DNA from: Eremomyces bilateralis CBS 781.70
Lineage: Eukaryota
Direction: 5' to 3' (one strand)
Assembly: GCA_010015585.1 (NCBI GenBank)
Contig: ML975159.1
DNA: 49,502 bases
Shown here piece by piece: positions 23,487 to 34,025 of this stretch. The notes beneath the pieces were generated by a model, which did no database searches, was not told the DNA's origin, and saw nothing but the letters and a program-made list of their open reading frames with translations. Position 1 is the stretch's first letter; every line of letters begins with the position of its first letter. Made by a program: the position numbers and the translations under genes.

Positions 23487-24955
23487 CTTGAAGAGAGTCC
23501 GCCTGGAGTCCCGGAGTGGATACTTGGGACTGATCACAGCAGGACAACAGGACAGAAAAATGAGCTCGAACCTGGGAAGTCGGGCGCTCCATGATAGCAA
23601 AGTCCTGTCTTTAAGGCGAAACGGGAAAAGCTTCGAGCGATCAGAGTTCGCCAGCCTGGGAACGAAAGTTACAACCAGGTTATAAGCGGGAACGGCTCGT
23701 AGATCCATACCACGGACCAGGGACAGGTCATAATAGACGGGACGCGATCCCCGCTTATTGGTGAGCACGGTTGTCAGATGGCCTAGCGCAAACTCTAAAC
23801 CGTTCTGATGGAACGGCAGGTCTCAACGAAAGGAATTAATTAGCTTTCCCCTAACTAATTCCTGACTCTGTATTCCAGCATCCTGCAAATTGTCTAGGGG
23901 ACTTGAAAGTCGAAAGTCGAAACGAAGTGTGAGCGGGACCTTTAATCCTGTATGAAAAGAACCTGAGCACTGCTCTCCCTACTGAATATACCCTATGCTT
24001 GAGATAGGAGGAGCATCTCGATTACTGTATGTACAGGATATTCCGTACTGTATGAAGTCAGCTGTCAGGGCTCGGGCCTATGAATCGCAATGATAAGATG
24101 CAAGTTTCAACTCGCAAGGCGGGACATCGAAGGGCACGGACTAGTTAGGCACATCATACATGTGATTGTGGGACTTTGGTAAGCTTTATCCGTAAGTTAG
24201 TTATTGGAATCGGAAATCGATCACTTAACATTTTGTCCAATTACCATTCAGTTCTTCCGAGTTCGTCCATGTCCCGTGGTGAGATGTGGGGATTCAGGGG
24301 GGAGTTGCAGAGCCGCACTAATTATTCCCATAGTCTGTGTGGTCTGGGGTAATACCTTACCATAGTAATTGGTTGCTGGACTACATTTTTATATTTGCGT
24401 TCTTCGCATCGCCAATCCAATTCCAGGACATAATACACCAGCACTTCGTCTACCATTTGCATCGATAATTATTCGTCGAGAGGCGGTTGTTCGGTTGGAA
24501 CACGCTGTTTGGACCTGCCCAGTAGGCCACATTAACGTGAGAAGAGTTTGGGGCCGAAGACGCCGATCACGCGTCACATCATTCCGATCACGGCTCTTGA
24601 GTCTTAGCCCTTTGTTCATGTGTCTGAGGCTCTATGAAGTCGGCGATGTTTGTCTGAACTCTGATGTAGGATTCGAAAAGGGTGATAGAGGAAGAGGGTA
24701 CTTGTGCCTCGTGTGCCCATTTGATGCCAAATTGGGCGCGTGCCGTGAGTACCTAGGCCGTATTGTTTGGAGTCGAACTAAGAACTTGATTAGCGTTGGG
24801 GTATCGTGGTGGCTGATGGGTACCTATTGGCAAAAATTCCCTAGCAGCTAAAGGTCGTTAAAATGTATCTAAGCTCTAAGGGCGAAGGGTCGGGTAAGCA
24901 AGCTATAATTCAGGGGCGCATTAATATTGCGTACATAATTAACGTAGTAGTACTA

Positions 24956-26801
24956 ACGTAATCCACCAGCGAGTCGCCCAAACCACCGAGTCGCCCACCT
25001 CAACCGTGGCCCACTACCGTAACCTGAATATCTCAACAACTACCGAAGCAATTTATTAATTAGGAAGTAGGCTAGGATCTACGTTTTCTGGTATAGCTAA
25101 CTGAGGCATTGAACAGGTCTCAACTCGATGTCCTGGCTCGCGACAGCGTCCGCAACGTCGCTGGCGCCTTCCAGGAGCGTCACTAGAAGCACCATTTTGA
25201 CTGATTATATCTTGATCCCGACGTTGTTCAACTAATTGAAGCCCATCAGTAATTGAGCGCGTGTCAGCGCCCTTAAGCACTTTTTTTTTTCGTTGTTTGC
25301 GCTTTGATAGCGTCTCGTTTGCCTTCCGAAGCTTTCCTATCTCAACCTCCATGATTGAAGCTCCGTGCGCGATCATTTGAACACCCTTCTCAAGGCTTGT
25401 AAAGCTTTCTAAAAGCGATGTTGGGGAGGTATTTTGATGTCTTTGAAGGCGCTGTCGTATGTACTCCGTTTGGGATCCTATTTCAGCGACATTGCGTGGT
25501 GTTTGCGACACCCATTGAGGGATCTCTGGTAATGGCGTCGGGGTCCGTAATCGGACATCAAGCTTTGAAATAACAGCTTCTGGATCGAAAGGCACTAATC
25601 CTGCGCCTCTGAAGGCGCCCTGGATATTCTCCGTAGCAATTGCTTTTTCGAAGGCGGTCTTGAAAGCAGGTAAAAAGTCCTCTTCCGTGATGTGGTTGAT
25701 GCGGCACCGGATAAAGTCCTCAATCTCCTTGCTATACGCGCGCTTCAATGGCCCAAAACAGCCAACGTCGAGGGGTTGTAGCAAATGTGATGAATGCGAA
25801 GGCATGCAGAGAGTAATGATCTTCTGGTCCTTGCAGAAATCCTGGAATTGGATAGTGTCATGGTTGTTATGGCCATCCATAATCAGAAGCCGATAGGCGC
25901 CAGTCGTACGGTCTTCTGTGAAGCGATTAAAATGCTTTAACCACTCAAATCCATGCTCAAGGGACGTCCAGCCCTTCTCGCTAACTGATAGAACCCAATC
26001 AGGCCTATCCGCAATCGCCTCGTACGAGGTATTGTAATGTCGAGCGCCTTTGAAGATGATGAAGGGTGGGACAACCCAACCTTGCGCGCTGGCAGCAATG
26101 ATCGATGTTACCCATTCTGTATTGCCTGGCTGCAAGGTTTTTGGAGTCTGACGTCGTTCGGTACCCGTGCTGACCATGCGTGTCCCGATTACGCCCATTT
26201 GAAAGCCAACTTCATCAAAGTTGTAAGTATCTTCATCCAGGATGCCGTATTTTGCCTTCACGTTGCGTACGAGGCGAAACCACGCGCCAATAATCTCTGG
26301 ATCTTCGTTCAGGGCTCTTTTATAGTCGTACTTTCGATTAACACGTGTTTTGAGCTCTGGAACGCGTTGTACGAATCTCGATGGCCAATTGATACCAACG
26401 TGAGCCTGACCGCGATCGGTGAGTAGCTTATTGGCTATATCTCGCAACATATCGTAATTGAGTTGAAATCCGCGCGCATCGACGTCGAGGCAATAGTCGA
26501 TAATCACCCTCTCTTCTGTATTTGAGAGCTTTTTCGAATTCGGAACGCAATCGCTTCGTGCAGTCATTCCGTTGCGGCGGTCACGTAAGGTACTCCACGG
26601 GACGTTGTAAGCTTTTGCAGCTTCTCGAATTGATTGAACTTGGTCTTGTTCGATAGTCTGGATGGCTAGGTTCATTCTAGCTTCATTTGAAGGTAATTGA
26701 GGGCGCTGTTGTTGAGACATTGCGAAAAAACCATGATGATCGCTGTTATGGAGATGAGGTGGGCGACTCGGTGGTTTGGGCGACTCGCTGGTGGATTACG
26801 T
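24956..26801 (-). mobile_element. Complete Fot1/pogo-family (Tc1/mariner superfamily) DNA transposon, 1846 bp
   Basis: Perfect 47-bp TIRs (24956-25002 and 26755-26801; ACGTAATCCACCAGCGAGTCGCCCAAACCACCGAGTCGCCCACCTCA), each with an internal 11-bp direct repeat CGAGTCGCCCA. TA target duplication at 24954-24955 and 26802-26803. Confidence 0.97.
25056..26720 (-). CDS. Fot1/pogo DD35D transposase (554 aa)
   Basis: N-terminal HTH (SIREAAKAYNVPWSTLRDR), CENP-B-type HTH, catalytic NFDEVGF / LIMDGH / LQPLDVGCF with 35 residues between the last two Asp, and a C-terminal CCHC knuckle CGRCREPGHRVETC. No stops or frameshifts. Confidence 0.97.
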   Translation of the reverse strand: MSQQQRPQLPSNEARMNLAIQTIEQDQVQSIREAAKAYNVPWSTLRDRRNGMTARSDCVPNSKKLSNTEERVIIDYCLDVDARGFQLNYDMLRDIANKLLTDRGQAHVGINWPSRFVQRVPELKTRVNRKYDYKRALNEDPEIIGAWFRLVRNVKAKYGILDEDTYNFDEVGFQMGVIGTRMVSTGTERRQTPKTLQPGNTEWVTSIIAASAQGWVVPPFIIFKGARHYNTSYEAIADRPDWVLSVSEKGWTSLEHGFEWLKHFNRFTEDRTTGAYRLLIMDGHNNHDTIQFQDFCKDQKIITLCMPSHSSHLLQPLDVGCFGPLKRAYSKEIEDFIRCRINHITEEDFLPAFKTAFEKAIATENIQGAFRGAGLVPFDPEAVISKLDVRLRTPTPLPEIPQWVSQTPRNVAEIGSQTEYIRQRLQRHQNTSPTSLLESFTSLEKGVQMIAHGASIMEVEIGKLRKANETLSKRKQRKKKVLKGADTRSITDGLQLVEQRRDQDIISQNGASSDAPGRRQRRCGRCREPGHRVETCSMPQLAIPENVDPSLLPN

Positions 26802-27451
26802 TAATTCAACATCGACCAACACTACGATTTGGGAACCAAGACTTTCTGGACCCTGTCACCCTGTGCCCAGGATGAAAAGGGTAACTGAGACACTGTGGGT
26901 GATTTAATCCTGGATATCATCTTGCCTCCCCTAGAACATTCTCATAAAGCCGGACGATCGAATCAATCACCTGGATCATATCCATCGTCATGGAGAAACC
27001 GGAGATATTTTGACTACAAGTCTCTCTCCCAGCCACCATCTGGTACACAAGGTGTACATAGTATGGGCTATGGGCCTATGGCAAAACATATTGACGTCTG
27101 ACGAGTCACGAGGGACGACGTCTTCGCTATTACATAGTTTTGTTTGAACATGGCCAAAGCTTATTTACGCGAGATGATGGCGCAATCGGCAATACGAGAC
27201 CTTACCACTGGCTACCAGAGAAGTGCGAAACCCAATTCCAGCCGTTGACCCAACAGCGCCACATCGGCGCTTAGCTCCCCTCCTGTTCCCGAATCCCGAT
27301 GCGTCGTTTACCCTTGTCCAACTCCCAATCGCGAAATCCATCAATCCCGCTGGGAGTCTGGGTGCAGTAATCAATCGACTCATCGAAGCACATTCCACGT
27401 TTCCTCATAACTGATGAACATCCCGCCAAGTCTCGACTCTCGAAACCACCC

Positions 27452-29802
27452 ATGTCATCCAGTTCGAGTATCGGACGAAGGAAGACCCGCCAAAGTCCGG
27501 TGTCTTGTGATCTCTGTCGGCTGCGGAAACTCAAATGCAGTCGAACGTTTCCATGCACGAACTGTATAGCACGAGGCGAACCGTGCTCCGGTGGCATCGG
27601 ATTGGAGACGGAGAAAACAAGAGCGCGGCAAAGGAAGAACGGGGACGAGGTGGATAGTCGGCAAATCCTCGACAAACTTCATCGACTGGAGGAGCTGCTG
27701 GTGAGCCTCAAGTCCGACACATCGGTCGCTGGCGGCAAAGATCACGGCCGCATTGAACTCGACCGAAGTTCCGGCGCTTCAGAAGTGCATCAGGATGAAA
27801 GCAATTTTTTGGAGTCGGTTGGCGTTCGAGATGTGCCTCTGGTACAAGAATCCACGATTGATTGAAGTCGCCTGCTTGACTAACACCGACTAGCTTCATG
27901 ATGTATGCGATGATCTAATCTTCCGGAGCCTTCCTGCTCATGAAATCCTCCGCGATTTGCTATTGAAAGAACATGAGGCTCGCATTCATCCCATTAAAGA
28001 ACACTCGGCCATCTCTAAGATGATCGATTTTCCGAGTCTAGAAGAAGCGAGAGCCCTGGTTAATGCTTACGGAACTAAATTGTCAGCGATTCACCATGTT
28101 GTCTATACACCGACCATACGCGCCTCGTGTGAAGATATCATGAGGCGGATAACCGTTCATGAATCTGTCTCATCTGGCCAGGCTGCTCTTCTTCTTTCCA
28201 TCTTCGCCATGACCTGCTGCTTTTCCTCCTACATCATGCAAGAGAGCCTCCCTCCGTTCCTCAATAGTGTCGAGTTCGCTTCCCATCTCTCAACACTATG
28301 GGTTAAGTCTTCGCTAGACTGCATCGACCATTCGAGGAGAGCCAGGGGAGGCACAGTTGAAGATGTTCAAGCATCTATCGTTCTATATCTTTTGGTCTTC
28401 AACCTGGAAGGTTACTCCCCTCGAGGACGGGCAATTTTTCAAAATGCCCTATCAACGGCGCGGGAGCTCTCGTTACACCGTGTTGATTTCAAAAGCTCAT
28501 CCGACGTGAATCTCACGGATAGTGAATTCATTCAGAAAGAGATCAAGCGGAGGATATGGTGGCATTTGGTCTCATCAGACTGGTACGAGTTTCACGCTTC
28601 ATATGCTTTATCCTGGTTTGGACGAAATTGATGGCCTCGTGACGTTGCTGCGCCTCGAGTCTAGGTAGGGGAAGATATTAGGCCTGCGTGGTTGAAAGGG
28701 GTATATACGCAGCTCTTGTCTCGTATAATAAGGTAAAATATGGTGAATGGTTAAGAGCTTCTGGCGCCCAGGTCTACTTCAAGGCCATCAATTTCGTCCA
28801 CTCTGAGTGGTTGTTTCGTATGGCCTGTAGCTGACTTTTATTAGGCTACTTGCCCTCACAGGAGGCCCGCAGGAAGGCACTTATCAGACTCAACCAGGCC
28901 ACATGGCGGTCAACCTTCCCCGGAATATCAATGATGAGGATTTCATCCAGCGGCCGCATGACTACGAGAGACCTCTCTCTGAGCCCACAGCGATGGCGTA
29001 CTTCCTTCATCGCGTTGCATTCTCCGAGATTTGCCGCAAGATTGTCGATACTCTCCCCTTTCATGCGGTCAAGAGTGGAAAATTCGATTACAACCAGGTG
29101 CTCGAACGAGACCGGGAGCTGGAGGGGTTTTTGCAGAACCTCCCGGACTGCCTGCAGTTAGACGATTCCGGTGCAAGTTTGGCGGAGCCCTCCATCTGGC
29201 CGATTCAACGATACGTGATGAATCTCAACTTCCATGCGCGCAGATGTAAACTGCACCAACCGTTTCTGATCCGGAACTCGACGAATCCGGGATACAGCCA
29301 CTCTAGGACAGCCTGTCTCAGATCCGCACGAGCCATTCTCGCGATTCAGCAGAATCTGAAACTCGAGATGGACCTGGCCACCATCCCCCCCCTTCGGTTC
29401 ATCGTTATTATCCACTACTGCTTTCTCGCAACCACTGTGCTCGTAATGGATTTATGCCTCAACCGGTCCAAGGAGACTGAAGAAACCCAGATTGCCGACA
29501 TCATGAGTGCGTACCGGTGTCTTCAAGAAGTCCAGGGAACTTTACCTGCCGTCGCAACATTTCTAAAAGCTATGTCCGAGTTGCTCGGGAGATACGACAT
29601 TTCAATTAACCACAACGCAACCCCGACGCGACTGGTGAATGCGCAAATGGAAATTCCCACGGATCTTGGCGACACTGGGACATCTTCCCTTCCATACTTT
29701 GAGCTCGGGGGTACGTGGGAAGACTTTGGCACCCTTGGACACGAGACGACGTACCCGAGTTGGGACCAGTTGTTTTCCGAAGTAGAGTCTCGTTTCATTT
29801 AG
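27452..29802 (+). CDS. Zn(II)2Cys6 fungal-specific transcription factor; exons 27452-27841, 27894-28582, 28845-29802
   Basis: SCDLCRLRKLKCSRTFPCTNCIARGEPC binuclear cluster. Middle-homology region ARELSLHRVD..EIKRRIWWHLVSSDW|LLALTGGPQEGTY joins in frame across intron 2. Confidence 0.92.
28619..28800. repeat. Intronic 182-bp element bounded by a perfect 19-bp inverted repeat (MITE-like or structured RNA)
   Basis: TGGACGAAATTGATGGCCT (28619-28637) is the exact reverse complement of AGGCCATCAATTTCGTCCA (28782-28800), inside a 262-nt intron. Confidence 0.8.
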
Positions 29803-30088
29803 CGTGGCTCAGAACCTTTGACGCCGTCTAGGCTACGATATGGCGTACTAACAGCGCTCGCGGTCAGTATGTTGAGCACTGCATGAGCCCTGAATATCGT
29901 TAATCTGGTTTCTTGATGTAGACGTATTTGCCGAATTCCATATCCAAATCTTCGGCCATGGTCAATCGCGGCATTCCTAGCAGAACTAGAATAATTGCGT
30001 CATTTACCAAATCATAGCTTTACCTACAGATGTGAACAATACGCGGAACAGACCATTGGAAACGATTAGTGGGCAACTTACGAGGCAT

Positions 30089-32351
30089 TCAAGCCTCTGG
30101 CTCCGGTACAGCCGGCTCTATTGTATCTCCAATTATATTTTCAAGCCATCCCATATCTACGCCTGGCGACAACCAGTTCATCTCAGTCACCAGCCCAGGT
30201 ACATCTTGATCCTCTGCTACCAATGTAGCCTGATGTGGCAGTCCGGGAAGGTCGAAATGAGAGGGGCTGAACACAGGAGCCCACGCTCCTTGAAGTTCTG
30301 GTTCTCGCTCATGATATGATGTTATTGTCGGCGTAGACGGTATTACCTCCACATCGAAATGGGGTGCTTGCGGCACTGACCTGGTGCGAGTCGCCTGGTT
30401 AGGGAATCTGTGACCGCAACGCTCGATATTGATGGTCCCGAAATACGGGACATATATGCGTAGTACGTCGCCAGCGTCGCTGGAATTGCTACCGGCGTGG
30501 AACTTCTCATCTCTCGCCCCGGGGGACGCACTAGTGCTATAGGCGCCGCCATCTGCCGAGTCGGCCTCGAACGCAAGCAAATGCCGAAGCATGCCAGAAA
30601 TCTTCGTCGCGACCACGTCGTTGCCTACTTCGGCCATCTGCTCCATACTCGCTAGCGTGCGCTCCATCATTCCGCGGTCGCCGAGCCGCTGGTGTGCGAG
30701 GAACTGAAAGACGGTGGCGCCGTCGCCGGTTTCGGTCCGATGGTGGCGGCGAGCATCGATATGCGCTAGGCACAGTGTCGTGCTTGCGATGAAGGCGAGA
30801 AAATCGATGCCGCGGCAGTAGGTGGCTGCGTTGGAGTTGCATAAGGACAGGAAGCGGGATAGAGTATCCCGGCTGGCGTTCACAGCTGTAATCTTGCTGT
30901 AATCGTACTTCCGGTCAGGAGACCGCTGTAATATGTACGGAAGATGGAGCTGCAATAGTAAGTGGTAGTGAGTGAACTGATTCATGGCACGGATTGTCTC
31001 CGTGAATGCATCAACATCATCGCCGGTGATAGAGGCGAGGTGAGGAGTAAGCCACCACTGGGCCGACATCGAGGCAGCAGCCTCCTGGAGCAACTTATCA
31101 ACCTTGTGCGTTAGTGAAAGTTCAGGTAGGTCGACGCTGTTACGCTGTAGGATCAGTCCACCCGCAACCGACTCAAGTCGCTCCATCCGCTCGATGGGCG
31201 TACACTGTTCCAGTGCCGTTGGAGTAGCGAAGATGTTTTCAACCGAGCCCTGTGGGAGCCCAAGCATCAACGATAGGTAACGGTCCGAACATACCAAGCG
31301 GAACCACATGTGTTCCGGATGGATACGATCTCGCGTCTCGATATCGAGTATCGTCGGTGGAGGCGAGTCACTCCCTCGATGAAGCGCCATCACTTGCGCC
31401 AGCACCATCGCTCGACGGCCGATCAGCCACGCACGACGGAGGTTTCCTTCATTGTTGTGATACATGCTCTCGATCATGATGCATTCGATGCCCTCGAGTG
31501 AGCCGACGAGGTCGTCGTTGTTAGTCACTAGTCTGGCCGCATCGACCACTCGAGACTCGATATCCCTATAGTCGGAACCAAGGCCAACCAAGTCCTTGAG
31601 AGAGCTCGACGGAATGCCTTGCAGGAATGTGCCGAGTAGGAGAAGCCTTCGTGCTATCAAGACCGGATGAGACTCGGGTGGAGGCAGCTTCAACATGTCC
31701 CGTGGCGATGGCATATCTCCATTAAGCAAGCCAGAGTACGGCCGGCAAACCACACCGTGGAGTAGGACTGACATACTTACGGGGACGCTTAAGATGCGAT
31801 CAAGCTCGTTCTGGCAGGGCCACACGGCTATTAAAGCGCGGGATACCTCACTGTGATTGTCTCTTGATCGAATTTGCCAGCTTGGAGAAGGAACCAGACC
31901 AGGACGGGACGGCCCGGGGCTTTTTGGCCCAGTAATTGAATGGTCGTCCAGGCAATGCTATTCCGATGTCAGAATTGAGAATAGACATTTGGCCAAAACT
32001 GCAAATGTCACGTACAGTGACGGCCGCCACATTCCGCCTATCCCGACACGACGCGTTCGATCTGTCTCCCGTGCTCGTAGTAATCGCCTGCTCCACCAAC
32101 ATTTCCAAACGACCGACCTTCTCTCTCCTCCTTGCCGTTGTCCTCTCGTCGCAAAACTCTTGACCAATGCATTTAGTCCGACGGCTCTTACACCCATCGC
32201 AGATCGACTCCCTAGACGCGGCAAATGTGCACCGGATCTTCCGCCGCTTGCACTCCCAGCAACTTTGCGTGCCCTTGCGGACCTTTCGTCGCTTCGCTGC
32301 GGGCGGCTCATGACTCGATGGGGATTCGTGGTCGGGGTTCGGTTCCGACAT
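30089..32351 (-). CDS. Zn(II)2Cys6 transcription factor; exons 32351-32016, 31957-30089
   Basis: RKVRKGTQSCWECKRRKIRCTF..ICDGCKSRRTKC cluster; GNLRRAWL and HMWFRLVCSDRYLSLMLGLP in the middle region. A 58-nt GT-AG intron joins the exons in frame. Confidence 0.92.
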
Positions 32352-32793
32352 TTTTACTTCTCCACCGTCACTTCATCGGCATGACAAAGTTGGAGTGAAA
32401 ATCGTAGTAATAATGATCATCTCTGGGCTAGAAGAGTTCAGTCGTCCGCGGCGGACAAATCGCCCGCGGGCGAAGATACCATGATATAATTCACCAATCA
32501 GAAGTAGATCCCACTAGAAGGCTACTTTCGATCGAAGTGGTAATTATCAAAAGCTTATTACAGAAGTTCTAGGGAAATATACAGCTAATTTTTCACTATG
32601 GAACACTCATCCGCGGCTGTATTTACGGTTGACATATCTCCTCGACCGTGCAACTCGGCCAGAGCAGACGAGACATATTTTGTCTATAAATACCCTCCAA
32701 TATGGCAAGCAGATAGGGCATTGTTCCATCGAATCATTAACTTTTAGCTTGACCGACGTGTACACGTACTATCATACGGCCGATATAAGCAAA

Positions 32794-34025
32794 ATGGTGA
32801 ATATCGCGGTTGCCGGTGGTCGCGGACGTACGTCCACCGGATTCGAAGCCATGGACATAGATCTCGCTAACTTGATATAGAGGTTTCCAGAGAAGTCATC
32901 GATGCTCTAGTGGTCGCGAACAAACATGACATAACTATCTTGAGCCGGAGTGTAAGTGGGGTTATATCCGTTCGAATCCCGGTTGTTTAATTCTGACTGA
33001 ACTTAGGAAGCTGCTACAAAAGACGTCACGCCTGGAGTCCACTGGCGTGTCGTTGACTATAATGATGCGAGTGACTTGATTCGAGCCCTGAAAGGAGTCC
33101 ACACCCTCTTGTCGTTCGTCCAACCCCTTGCGGATCCGGATCAGAAGTCGCAGAAGAATCTCATCGACGCGGCCGTTTCCGCTGGCGTGAAGCGGTTTGC
33201 GCCAAGCGAATATGGAAGGTGAGACAATATGAGGGTACTGACTTGTGGTGGAGCCGGCAACTAACAGTATGGCCTCGTAGTTCGGGGACCATAGACATGC
33301 CCTGGTGGGCGGGAAAAGAAAAGATCAGGAAGTATTTGAAGGAGGTAAACAAGGATGGAAAAGTAGGAATTTACCCTCCACAACAGTCGTGCTCGTGCTA
33401 ATCCCGCTCATAGGTCCTGGAGTATATTTTATTCCAACCAGGGCTCTTTTTAGACTACCTGGCCTTTCCATACAAGACGGCTAAGCACGTCGCTCCGCTT
33501 CAGACGGTATTCGACTACCAAAACCGGCGCGCGATTGTCGTCGATGGCCATGAGGATGCGGTCATGACTCTGACCACGGCGGCAGATGTAGCTGCGGTCG
33601 TCGCTCAAGCCGTCGATTATGACGGCGAATGGCCCATCATCGGTGGCATCCGCGGTAATCGAGTCACATTCTCCCAGATTCTTGAGATCGGAGAGAAGGT
33701 TCGGGGTAACCTTATTCGATCCACGCACGATAGAGGCCCATTTGCTTACATGATTATTCCAGACGGTCCGTTCGCCGTCGAAAAGGTTCAATCCCAAGAT
33801 CTCGAAGCCGGAGATCTGAAGACATCGTGGGCTCTCGAAGCTCGTCACCAGGCCGTCTCGGAGAACCAAGCTGCAGGGTTTCTGACGGCAGTACCCATCG
33901 GGATCTTGCTTAGCAGTACGAAGGGTGCTTGGGACGTGTCGGATGAACTTAACCAGCTGTTCCCCGACTATGAGTTTGTTGGGATACGTGATTTCTTGGC
34001 CAACGTCTGGGACGGAAGGTCGTAA
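32794..34025 (+). CDS. NmrA-like / isoflavone-reductase-like NAD(P)-binding protein; 6 exons
   Basis: Spliced MVNIAVAGGRGEVSREVIDAL (Rossmann motif), VDYND..LIRALKGVHTLLSF, QKNLIDAAVSAGVKRFAPSEYG, LEYILFQPGLFLDYL, TLTTAADVAAVVA. Five GT-AG introns. Confidence 0.9.

Noticed and set aside
24369..24851. ORFs left of the transposon (24369..24851 +, 24389..24619 -)
   Set aside because: No motifs; the minus strand has an intron-like signal but stops in all frames.
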